Part shown: positions 1 to 10,850 of the stretch, piece by piece
Layout: every line of letters starts with the position of its first letter
Numbering within the stretch: the stretch's first letter is position 1
Origin: Octopus sinensis
Taxonomy: Eukaryota
Assembly (NCBI RefSeq): GCF_006345805.1
Contig: NW_021824129.1
Coordinates: 1 to 22,985, forward strand
DNA: 22,985 nucleotides
Direction of reading: 5' to 3'
The notes under the pieces: generated by a model
The model's database searches: none
The model's input: the letters and a program-made list of their open reading frames with translations, nothing else
Told to the model about the DNA's origin: nothing
Made by a program: the position numbers and the translations under genes

Positions 1-130
1 GACAGCAATTTCCTTCAAGCAACGTATTCTAATATAGACACGTTAAGCGAAAAGCTGTAACGGAATACGAAACTAAGGCACACGGTCTCCCAGCCTCTAT
101 AATTTCTTCTGCACTGCCTGTGCGAATCTA

Positions 131-347
131 CGTGTGTGTGTTTGTGCGTTGCACCGGCGTGTGTTTGTGCGTGTGTGTGTGTTGTGTGTGTGTCCGCGCC
201 AATATTTTTTGCCTGTGTCTGTGTGTGTGAGCTATTAATTCGGCTCTAAGCGACAGATCATCCGACTAACGGACTTGAGTTATGTTGAATGTGAAGACAA
301 CGTTAAACGATAATTGATCGGTTTTCTGTGCGCGCGCGAGCATGTGG

Positions 348-415
<68 letters not shown>

Positions 416-419
416 GTGT
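131..419. repeat. (GT)n microsatellite tracts (imperfect 131-229, near-perfect 350-419)
   Basis: Direct reading. These tracts generate the HT/CV-repeat ORFs at 266..631 and 303..521. Confidence 0.95.
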
Positions 420-670
420 ATGTAAATGTGTATTAGTGCGTTTAAGTGACTGGTTGTGTCTGTGAGTTCGAGGCAGAAAGCGTAATAGGCGTACACACAT
501 ATGCTTACACACACACAACATTCATAGTACGCACACATGCAAAACCTATCACACACACAACAACACACACACACACGCACGCACACAAAACAGGCACATA
601 CATCTACAGAGATACACACACAACCACGCATCCACTTATGTACACAGCGGACAAAAAAGAGGAAAAGAGT

Positions 671-1283
671 ATTCTTTTCTACTCAAGGCACAAGGCCCGA
701 AATTTGGGGGGCAGGGGCCAGTCGATTAGGTCGCCCTCAGTACGCAACTGGTATTTAATTTATCGACCCGAAAAGGATGAAAGGCAAAGTTGGCCTCGGC
801 GGAATTTGAACTCAGAACGTGAAGACAGACGAAATACTGCTAACCATTTCGCCCGGCGTGCTAACGTTTCTTATTTCTTTATTGCCCACAAGGGGCTAAA
901 CAAAGGGGATAAACAAGAACAGACAAAGGGATTAAGTCGATTACATCGACCCCAGTGCGTAACTGGTACTTAATTTATCGACCCCGAAAGGATGAAAGGC
1001 AAAGTTGACCCCGGCGGAATTTGAACTCAAAACGTAACGGTAGATGAAATATCTATTTCTTTACTACCCACAAGGGGCTAAACACAGAGAGGACAAACAA
1101 GGACAGACACACAGATTAAGTCGACTATATCGACCCCAGTGCGTAACTGGTTCTTATTTAATCAACCCCGAAAGGATGAAAGTAAAGTCGACCTCGGCGG
1201 AATTTGAACTCAGAACGTAGCGGCAGACGAAATACTGCTAAGCATTTTGCCCGGCGTAATAACGTTTCTGCCAGCTCGCCGCC
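671..1283 (-). mobile_element. SINE-A trimer (tRNA-derived SINE; units about 1283-1054, 1053-872, 871-671)
   Basis: The minus strand starts GGCGGCGAGCTGGCAGAAACGTTA (A-box-like) and has GAGTTCAAATTCC (B-box-like). The body GTCGACTTTGCCTTTCATCCTTTCGGGGTCGATAAATTAAGTACCAGT is repeated three times. Homologous copies occur at 12335, 16280 and 22157. Confidence 0.9.
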
Positions 1284-1353
1284 TTAAAGGAAAGATGTGT
1301 ATTCAACTCAAACTTGTTTTGCATGTCCTGTGTGGGAGCCCGGGCGCGGAGGT

Positions 1354-1591
1354 GTGAGTGTGTGTGATGTGAGTGTGTGTGAGAGAGAGAGAGAATGAGG
1401 TGTGAGAGAGTGTGATATAGATAGAGACAGAGTGATTAAGGGAGAGAAAATGCTTGTGTGTGTGTGTGTGTGTGTGTGATGTGAGCGAGACAGAGAGAGA
1501 TGAGTGCGTGTATGGTGTTAGTGAGTGTGAGACAGAGAGAGACCGAGTGATTAAGAGAGAACATGCGCGCGTGTGTGCATGTGTGGTGTGT

Positions 1592-1631
<40 letters not shown>

Positions 1632-1640
1632 CGTGTGGTA
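1354..1640. repeat. Mixed (GT)n/(GA)n low-complexity tract
   Basis: Direct reading. Confidence 0.9.
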
Positions 1641-2099
1641 GACAGTAATCTTCTGAAATACGTGCACCCTTGCTTCGAGACCGCCTAATTCTTTTAGAGT
1701 CTTTGTTGGGGTTCGTTAGAATTCCTTATTTTTTTCTTCTTTTCTCATACCCTAATATTATCAAAGATACTTGTCGGGTACAAGCAGAACCAAATTATAC
1801 GCAGGACATCACATCCAATGCTTTTCTATTCCGCAAACCCCTGCTCTATTCCTTTTTTTTTTTTTTTTTTCTTTTGTCGAACAAAAGGCAAGGATGAGCT
1901 GTACGGGTTTTGAACTCACAATACACATTACCGAAACTGTAAAGGTCCTTCTATTCAACGATCTACCGATAACCGTATGCAAACCTCTCTCTCTGTCTCT
2001 CTTTCCATCTTAGACGCACGCACACGTATACGTTAATATCATGGAAGGAGAATGAGTACTCAACACCCACCCACACACACATACATACACACACACATA

Positions 2100-2468
2100 T
2101 GCGGCCTTCCTGAAGCGCCACTTTTACTCAAGAAAATCGACTCCAGGACTTATTCTTTGCGAGTCTAGTACTCATCCCATCGGAGTCTTTTGCCGAACCA
2201 CTAAGTTACGGGGATGTAAACACCGCAGCATCGGTTGGCAAGCGATGTTGGGACAAACACACAAACACACACATCTATCTATCTATATATAATATATATA
2301 TATATATACATGACGGGATTCTTTCAGTTTCTGTCTGCCAATCCACTGACAAGGTTTTGGTCGACCCGAGGCTATAATAGAAGACACTTGCCCAAGGTGC
2401 CACGTAGAGAGACTGATCCCGGAACCATATGGTTGGTGACCAAAACACTACACACATAGCCACTCCTA
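2100..2468 (-). mobile_element. SINE-B (tRNA-derived, CORE-like body)
   Basis: Reverse complement of the family seen at 19486-19937: head AGGAGTGGCT..., CACCTTGGGCAAGTGTC body, internal TA/CA microsatellite, 3' module CTTAGTGGTTCGGCAAAAGAC. Confidence 0.88.
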
Positions 2469-2469
2469 T

Positions 2470-2495
2470 ATATATATATTTATGCGTGTGTGTGT

Positions 2496-2561
<66 letters not shown>

Positions 2562-2574
2562 TGTGTGTTTGTGT
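2470..2574. repeat. (TA)n/(GT)n microsatellite
   Basis: Direct reading. Confidence 0.95.
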
Positions 2575-2813
2575 GGAGGTGCGTGGCTTAGTAGTTAGGG
2601 TGTCAGCATCATGATCGTAAGATTGTGGTTTCGATTCCTGGACTGGGCGACGCGTTGTGTTCTTGAGCAAAACACTTCATTTCACGTTGCTCCAGTCCAC
2701 TCAGCTGGCAAAAATGAATAACGCTGCAATGGCCTAGCGTCCCATCCAGCTGGGGAACATATACGCCATAGAAACCGGGCCCATGAGACTGGTTAGGCTT
2801 TAAAAAGGGCGCA
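2575..2813 (+). mobile_element. SINE with D-type body and D-type tail
   Basis: Head GGAGGTGCGTGGCTTAGTAGTTAGG (A box) and GGTTTCGATTCCTGG (B box). Body TTGTGTTCTTGAGCAAAACACTT...CCAGTCCACTCAGCTGGCAAAAATGA. Tail GCGTCCCATCCAGCTGGGGAAC...AAAAGGGCGC, shared with the copy at 11565-11808. Confidence 0.85.
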
Positions 2814-2962
2814 AATATATATATCAGAATAGCCTTGTTCCACCGGAGCCGTCTCCTAGTGATTCTACAACTGGGTAAAATAAGACATCACTGCTAACAT
2901 GCTATCTTAAAGAGAGAGAGAGAGTTTTGTTATGAATTATAATTTTTTTCTTCTATCATCTA

Positions 2963-3380
2963 TCTTTTACTTATTTAACTCATTAAACTACGGCCATGCT
3001 GGAACACTTCCTTGAAGAAGATTTGAGTCGAATGAATCGATCCGAGTACTTAATTTAAGAAAAATATAATTTTGAAACCTTGAACTTATTCTATCAGCCT
3101 CTTTTGCCAAACCGCTAAGTAACGAGGACGTAAACACACCAACTTCAGTCGTAAATCTGTGCGGGGGACGAAGTCAGACACAAGCACACAACGCCCGCAC
3201 ACACGCACGCACACACACATGTATATATACACACACAAACACAACAGACTTATTGTTCTCGTCTACCAAATACTCTCACAAGATTTTGGTAGGTCCGAAC
3301 CCCATATGTATATGGAAGATACTTGTCCAAGATGCCACGCAGTGGACTGATCCCGGAACCCTGGGGTTAGGAGGCAAGCT
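2963..3380 (-). mobile_element. SINE-B, diverged copy
   Basis: TCTTTTACTT...CGGCCATGCTGGAACAC, CCGCTAAGTAACGAGGACGTAAACACACC and GATACTTGTCCAAGATGCCACGCAGTGG align to the other SINE-B copies. Confidence 0.8.
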
Positions 3381-4269
3381 TGAGCAATAAAAAGTGTCCA
3401 AGCAGCGAGGTTCATCTTACTGAGAACGTAAATAAAAGATGTATCATTGAATAAACTTCGCACGTAGGTAGATGCGCAATGCCTGTGATTAAATATCCTG
3501 CTTAGATGAAATATAATTGTTCTGCCTGGGTTTATTATATGTTTACCTGCGTGCACACACGCATGCATGCACGAGCCTACACGCTCGCAGATACAGAAAT
3601 ACGCGAGCACACACACACAAACACACACGTACACAAACATATATACACAAATATCTATGTCGAGAGATAGGCAATAAAATAGTTGTGTATATGTGTGTGT
3701 GTGTGTGGATAGATGTATAGATAGATAGTAATGTATGCAAATGTATGTGTATATATAACTGTATGTATACATATACATATATATATATATAATATTAGAA
3801 AAAATAACACCTTTTATCAATTCAAAATGAATAATTAAATTACACCATCTAGAAAATTACATATAATAGAAAAGTTAAAATTAAAAAGTAAAGATTAAGT
3901 AAATTACAAGAATTAAATAATGTATATAATAGGTAGAATGTATATATATACTTATGCATAAATCTATAAATATATATCTTTATGCGTACACTTGTACATA
4001 TTTGTATATGTGTGTATATGTAAATTTATTCGTGTTATGGAACTGTTTTAGAAAAGGAGGTGCCACAAGTCATAAAAAGTACTCAATACGTGATATAGAG
4101 GATTCATTCAATTCATTAATAATGAATTTAGGCAAATAATCATCAAGAAGGCATAATTACCAGTCCTGTAAATGTGACTTATCAAACATACGCGCGGACA
4201 CGGACACACACACACACATGCCTAATTACTCATACGTGTGTGTTTGTTTGTTTGTGTGTATATATGTGC

Positions 4270-4547
4270 ATGAATATATATAGATGTGTGGTGTTTATAT
4301 ATATATATGTATATATGTTTATGTGTATGTATGTATATAGATGTGTGTGTGTCTATATATATATCTGTATATATGTTTATGTGTATGTATGTATATAGAT
4401 GTGTGTGTGTCTATATATATATATATCCGTATATATGTTTATGTGTATGTATGTATATAGATGTGTGTGTGTCTATATATATATATATATCCGTATATAT
4501 GTTTATGTATGTATATAGATGTGCGTGTGTCTATATATATATCCGTA

Positions 4548-4578
<31 letters not shown>
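4270..4578. repeat. Compound minisatellite, about 5 units of 57-62 bp, followed by (TA)n
   Basis: TAGATGTG recurs at about 4281, 4338, 4396, 4458 and 4515. Unit is approximately GTATATATGTTTATGTGTATGTATGTATATAGATGTGTGTGTGTC(TA)nCC. Confidence 0.85.
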
Positions 4579-4582
<4 letters not shown>

Positions 4583-4714
4583 CACGTAAATATATGGGGC
4601 TGCCATAGTAGTGCTCGTAATTCTGTTTGAGAAACGTGGGGCTGCTGTCTAAACTAAATAATATTTCTCTGTAATTTCTGGTACATGACCAGCAGTGTTG
4701 AAAGGTTGAGGAAG

Positions 4715-4810
4715 TTGATTTCATCGACCCCAGTCTTGAAATCGATCTCGTTGGCATTCGAACGCAAAGAGTTAAACCGAACGAAATGCATCTAAGCTTT
4801 TTGTCCGGTT
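4715..4810 (-). mobile_element. Degenerate, internally deleted SINE-A fragment
   Basis: ATCGACCCCAGT ... GGCATTCGAACGCAAAG ... CGAAATGCATCTAAGCTTTTTGTCCGG resembles the reverse-complemented SINE-A. Confidence 0.55.
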
Positions 4811-6151
4811 AGTAGATTAGCTACAATTCAACTTGGCTAATCTGCCTCAAAATGCAACATTTCTCATTTGAAAATGTGGACAGTACGTAAGATAATATAT
4901 TCCAGGGTATCTCTAGAATATACGGGATTATTTCAGATGAAACATCTCAAATGATAGGGCTGTTGAATGACTGTTCACCTACACCTAAAGAACATCATTA
5001 CGAACAAGAGGCAAGCGCACACACGCAGAGAGAAAGAAAAGGAGAAATATGCATGTATGAGGTGAAAGCTTTTCTGGCTTGCAGGAAAGAAGAAAGCAAG
5101 GAAATTGGAAGAATTTTACGAAGAAATGGTATCGGCACTACATTGCAAAACACATTACGTAGTGAAGAATAATATTTACCCTCCTCATATATAAATCCCA
5201 CCGCTTCCTATCTAATATATATATATATATATATAATCATGTCAAAGGGAAATGGAATTTAATTAAAATTAAAACATTCAATCAAAATTTACATTTCCAG
5301 TGGTCTAACGTGCAAAAAAATTAGTCAAGAAGACTATGCATAGTCTTCTTGACTATATATATATATATGTATGTATGTATGCGTGTGTGTGATTGCTTGT
5401 CAATGTATGTATACTTCTGTATATGTATACATGCGTGTATACATCAATAGATATAAATGGATATATGAGTGTGTGTGTATCAGAATATAGTACGAACACA
5501 CACACACTCACATACCGACAAGAACACACACAAATAGTTATTTGAAAAACATATAAACACACACACACACACACACAAGCACACACCAACAAATATACTG
5601 TGTTGGCAGCAGCGTATAATTCGGGGTGGACTGCCTATAGTTGAAAGAGATTCTACTCTCCTCTTCATTTGTTGACCCCAGTGGAATAGAAAGCGAAAAC
5701 AACTCCCGTCGAATTTGATCTCAGACATTCATTCATTGACAATGTAGAAAAAAATATTTCACGCGGCAGCTGTCTACGACTTCTTTATAAAAGCAAACGG
5801 ACACACATAGCTATGCACGCATGTTGTAGTTGGTCTACTACTACACTGTTGGATGGGTAGTCTTTAATTAAAGACATTCTACCCATGACAATCTCATCGT
5901 TTGCCAGGAATAGTATCTCCAGACTTCTATGATTAATTGTGTCTTAACCACTAGAGGCATATCGGCGTTTGATATAAATGTAAGTGCTATATCTAGACGA
6001 CTAAAGCCATGGTGCTGTAGTAGCACAGACACATGCAAAAAGTTGAGTGACTCAAACACACACACACACACGGACAGACACGTACACGGTAATACATGTA
6101 CCTGGGTAGATGGACAGAAAATTTTATAAACAGGCAGAAAAAAAGGCACAA

Positions 6152-6182
<31 letters not shown>

Positions 6183-6521
6183 ATGATATAAAAATTCATT
6201 GGAAGAAACATAGATAAGTACACACATACATAGAATGATTATAAAGAAGAACATAGAATGATACATGCAGAGCTAGTTACATTCATTGATAGAAACATAG
6301 CGAGATTGATAGATAGATGGAAATAAAGTGGATGGTATGTAGTTTATGTATAGGAGGATAGAACGTTACATGGATAGATAGCTATGAAGAGGCTTGGATA
6401 AAAATAAAAAAGAAATAGATAAACAAATACATAAATAATTTAAGCGAAATCCGGAATGTACAGATTAAATATATGGATTATAGATTAAATATATAGATTA
6501 AAATTTTTTTTTAATTGGTAA

Positions 6522-6565
<44 letters not shown>

Positions 6566-7279
6566 TGTGTGTGTGTATTGTATATTGCAGACGTGAGAAC
6601 AAAATATGTTATCAAATATGGTAGTACCACCATCATCGACAAGATCAGCAATGATAAAACACATGCAGAAATACAAATGCGTTTAGCGTTTAAAATAAAG
6701 AAACACAAATAACTTCAAATGCAAAACTCAATAAGAAATGGGAAGGAAAACGTTTAAAAAAAAATGGGACGAAGACAAGAAGAAATTGTGTAAATGTGCA
6801 ACGAGAAAGCTGCTTGAATAGAAGACGTTTGAATGATCAATACTACAAGTGAAGGAAGGAGATTTCAAATTAAAGGGAGATAACCGTTAAGGGACAAAAT
6901 TGCAGAAAGCTATTTCGGAGTGCGAAAAATTTTAACGGCGGCATTAAAGAAACGATATTTATCAAATGTATTAGAAATATAAAAAATAATAAATTTTAAA
7001 TATATGAATATACAAAATAAAATAGACGTTTATAATTGCAAAAGAATGTGTGTACTAATATAAAGAATGAGATTGTTCGAATAAAATGAGACTCACACAC
7101 GCATATTGGAAGAAAGAGAAGAGAGAGAGAGAGAAAGTGCGGGAAAGTATTTGAAACTGTATGTTTCTAAATACATTAGTTCTTTCTTACTTAAACACAC
7201 GCATACACGCAAACGCACGAACACACATACACATAGGATCTTAGATACAAAAGTTTATACATACGCAATCATATATACA

Positions 7280-7553
7280 CACGTGCGCCTATATATATAT
7301 ATATATATATACATACAATAATATATATATAGATATATATACATACATATATATATATATATATTATACATACATATTATATATATATATATACATACAT
7401 ATATATATATATATATACATACATATATATATATATATATATACATACATTATATATATATATACATACATAGATATATATATCATAGTATAGATATATA
7501 TATATTATAAGATATATAAATATTATATATATATATATATATACATATATTAT

Positions 7554-7612
<59 letters not shown>

Positions 7613-7625
7613 AATAGAGAGAGAG
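7280..7625. repeat. Long (TA)n/(TACA)n array ending in (GA)n
   Basis: Direct reading. Source of the YI-repeat ORFs. Confidence 0.95.
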
Positions 7626-7803
7626 AGATACACATAGATATGTATTTAAGTATATATCTAATATCATAATATGTATGTATACGTAAGCACATATGAAATT
7701 ATATATATACGTCCGCTTGTGTACAAACACTCCCACATCCGTGATATTATATTTACATATCAAGTTCACTCTCTCTCTACACACACACATCGGTATGTGT
7801 GTG

Positions 7804-7840
<37 letters not shown>

Positions 7841-8329
7841 CACTTTTTTGTGCATTTTTTTTCTTCCTGTTTATAAAATTTTCTGTCTATCAAGCCAGAT
7901 ATATATATATATATATAATTATATATATATATATGTGCTAGCAGAAACACCGCCCACCGGGCGATTTTCTGCTAGCCACTTGAGATTTTCACATATGATT
8001 CCCAATTCTAATAGATTTTATGATAGTTTACGTCTAATTATTTCTTTGTATGATATATTCTTAATAAATATTGCTTCGTTATTTTATCACAGTCATAATC
8101 TCTCTTTTTTAAACAAACATCAAGGTAGTCCAACTACGGAGGGGGTACAGTGTTTTCAAGTTTTACCTTCCTGTGAAAGCAACATAGGGATTTCAATTCA
8201 GTAACCCATCTGTAAGCTTTGCAGTGTGTGAGTGTGTGCGAGAGAGAAGGGTAGAGAGAAAATTGCAAACAATGAATGAAATAAGTTCCTATAAATAAAA
8301 GTGCATAACTTCAGCTGTATACGTCCCCG

Positions 8330-8640
8330 ACTTTGTCGCCTCATAACATCCAGGGAAATGAATACTTTTTAACGAAATTTTCTACAAATACTGCTTAGAT
8401 ATGATGGCTTCAGAGAATATAGGGATTTATGAGAAATAACTTTTCCGAGAAACGGGAGAGAGGTTTGTGTAAATTCACGCGGTCCAAATTTTTTCCCTTA
8501 TAACTTCCAGAAAATGAATATCTTTAAACGAAAGTTTATACAAATACCTTTGAAACATCATAGATAACGATTATAAAAAATTTGTGGAGAAAAATTTTCC
8601 GCGGGTGTGAGGAGAGGAGTTTTGTTCAGGAAGATTAAAT
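8330..8640. repeat. Diverged tandem duplication, period about 157 bp
   Basis: CATAACATCCAGGGAAATGAATAC...CAAATAC (8342-8391) vs TATAACTTCCAGAAAATGAATATC...CAAATAC (8499-8547). GAGAAATAACTTTTCCG (8431) vs GAGAAAAATTTTCCG (8587). Confidence 0.75.
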
Positions 8641-9717
8641 AAGTTAGAACTAATCCGTTTTCACGGGGATTTATCCCTTTGTTTTAAACCACAGCCTTCC
8701 AAATGATGAGGGGTGGTTGTCGCACCTCAAAACCATGAGAGGAGCCTTTTCGGGAAAAATAAAAGAAAAAGAAATTGTTTCTATTTTCAGAGGGAAAAGT
8801 GAGTGATCCAAGAGAGATTTGGCTTTTGTTTCTAGCGCATCCCGAGACAACCTTGCACGTTTCATCCTAATCCTCGCATGTATTGATGCTTTTCAATAAT
8901 TTTCTCCCCATATGAACGTTTATATGCTAAAGACAAGAAAATCTGAAAAACTGTGAATGTTTGGCAGCCGCACTCATTGACCCCGATTGTTTTTGTTGTT
9001 CCAAAAATATCCAAAATAAGTATTCGAAGTTTATCAAGATATAATATTATGTAATCCCCATCGAAGAATAGTCACATCGGATTTAAACATGAAATATCGA
9101 GTGTACTGTAGGTAATTTTATGAGGTCCATTCCAAGAACAATTATTTGAATATCTTATCTCGATATCTCTAACTTATGTCACGGTAATATTGAACTTTAA
9201 AATTCATTAAGTTTATCGTATAAATTGAAACTGTATATTGTCTAAAGGACCGAATGATTGAATGGTTTATATCAATGTAATAAGAGCTTTTACCGGGAGT
9301 GCATCCGTATAGAGACCTTTCATTATTTAGAGACCTTCCTGTTTCTTTTACTTTGGAAAATTTCATAAGTTGTGTGTAACATCGAATTTTAAGTTTTACA
9401 CTATAGTTATTCTAGTTCTTTGCGGAGGCCCCATCCGACCGCAAGGGTTGCAGGGGCTTAACGCCGCCCCTGCTGTAAGCAAATGAATGGTTTAGGGTTA
9501 CAGTTAGGGTTAGTATTTAGCAAGTATCTTGTTATTGTAAATATTTACCAAATTTTTACCCTGCTGCAATTACGTTCATCAGCAACCGACCTTTGTGTGA
9601 AAGTGTTGGCACGCAACAGGACTGTACACAGAAATTTTGTTTGCTTTTACACCTTGCTGTCAATTCATTGGATTAATCCCAACAAAATGAAATCCTGGTT
9701 CAGTAACAGATCCGTTC

Positions 9718-9908
9718 TTACTGGGACCTACCTGCAAAGTCATGTGCTGTTTATCTTTATATGAGATCATGTGCACATATGGTTGTGATGCATGTGCCTG
9801 GTGTACCCTTATCAGACGGGTAGTCATGAAGAATATATAGGGCTTCATATATTTGTACCCCAAAGTCACTTTTCTGGCATGCAATGTTCTCTCACTCAAT
9901 GATAATAT
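9718..9908 (+). mobile_element. Repeat E, 3' fragment
   Basis: Aligns to about 17397-17565 (CTGCAA.GTCATG.GCTGTTTATCTT.ATATGAGATCA ... CTCTCACTCAAT). Confidence 0.85.
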
Positions 9909-10767
9909 AAAGTCTTAATGCTTTATCTTTTTTGGTAACAACGTATTCTCTCTTCTAATTAAATACTGAAAAAGAGAGAAAATGCTACTGTCGTTTTTAC
10001 AAGAGAAATGAATTTTGGCGGTAAGGACTAAACCCCTTGTATCATTATCCCAATTAGAAAACGTTTATCCTTACTTGAAAAAAAAAAGAGTTGGAGTCGA
10101 AGATGTATGACGGAGAATTATTCCATATCGTGTTTGCTTCTATGAGAATCGTTTACCTTTAAATCGAAGAAAAAATCCGACATATACGACAGGTATGTAA
10201 AACATATAATTGTTTACTTTGTTCATTCGCATAAGCCGTAGAAATTGTTGTGCGCGCCCACGCATAATGAGAGAAATTTTGCAGACATTTAGCTGTTATT
10301 TATAGCAGTTCATTTGCAGTTTTAGACAACGGGATGGGGTGGTGAGGGGTATGTTGATCAATTTTGGTGTTGTTGACACCTCGTTTGTTCCTAACTGCGT
10401 TACACCTTTACAGAACAATAGGCTTTACGGCTAGGGGGAAATTGTAAATTCGATTTCGAATGTGAGGTAGAACCAAACGAGGTTTCTACAGAGTTCATAT
10501 GCTATTTGAAAATTAAGATTGTTTTTTCCATTTTTTTTAAATCTCCGTCATCGGAGACATAGGAATCCGCTGAAAGAAAAAATCTGAAGGGTCATTGTGT
10601 GGTGGTGGGGGCTACATCCCCCCATATGGGCAAGGGCCAAAATTTACCCCACCCTAGAATCTTCACCGTGTAAATGAAAAACCTTCATGCCAAATTTGGT
10701 ACAGATTGATCCAGCAGTTTAGCCGTGCATAGAGGAGACACACACACAAATACAGATACTGAATTTC

Positions 10768-10848
<81 letters not shown>

Positions 10849-10850
10849 CT
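10768..10850. repeat. (TA)n microsatellite
   Basis: Direct reading. Confidence 0.97.

Larger units (their letters stand above)
7938..10778 (-). mobile_element. Putative non-autonomous Helitron (about 2.8 kb), possibly composite
   Basis: The minus-strand 3' end reads CGCCC-GGT-GGGCG hairpin, 9 nt, CTAG (7938-7941), the canonical Helitron terminus. The minus-strand 5' end is TGTATATATATGAAATTCAG, one substitution from TC-TATATAT. The sub-terminal CATGCCAAATTTGGT...CAGCAGTTTAGCCGTG...(CA)n segment resembles Lep1-type Helitron ends as I recall them. Both ends abut (TA)n. No RepHel ORF is present. That both ends belong to one element is inference. Confidence 0.5.

Noticed and set aside
266-973. 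His/Thr-rich and Cys/Val-rich ORFs (also at 2275, 3263, 7377, 7671, 14458, 19217 and others)
   Set aside because: They span (CA)n/(GT)n/(TA)n tracts and SINEs; the composition is explained by the repeats.
680-1283. Regularly recurring motifs suggestive of a CRISPR-like repeat-spacer array
   Set aside because: Units are about 180-230 bp and the intervening sequence is itself homologous. This is a SINE multimer in eukaryotic DNA.
4110-4128. AATTCATTA-A-TAATGAATT inverted repeat
   Set aside because: 9-bp all but AT-only arms are expected by chance in this composition.
4891-5172. Open frame in non-repeat DNA (DNIFQGISRIYG...LRSEE) with nearby AG acceptor-like sites
   Set aside because: No recognisable domain, no supported partner exon, and a length compatible with chance. 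RNA-seq or tBLASTn would be needed.
5322-5355. miRNA precursor interpretation of this palindrome and of the 21454 hairpin
   Set aside because: Zero or 4-nt loop, perfect stems and short overall length are atypical of animal pre-miRNAs; there is no expression evidence.
6584-6712. Possible exon after TTGCAG (DVRTKYVIKYGSTTIIDKISNDK...)
   Set aside because: About 40 codons, no recognisable homology, and no polypyrimidine tract (upstream is GT repeat).
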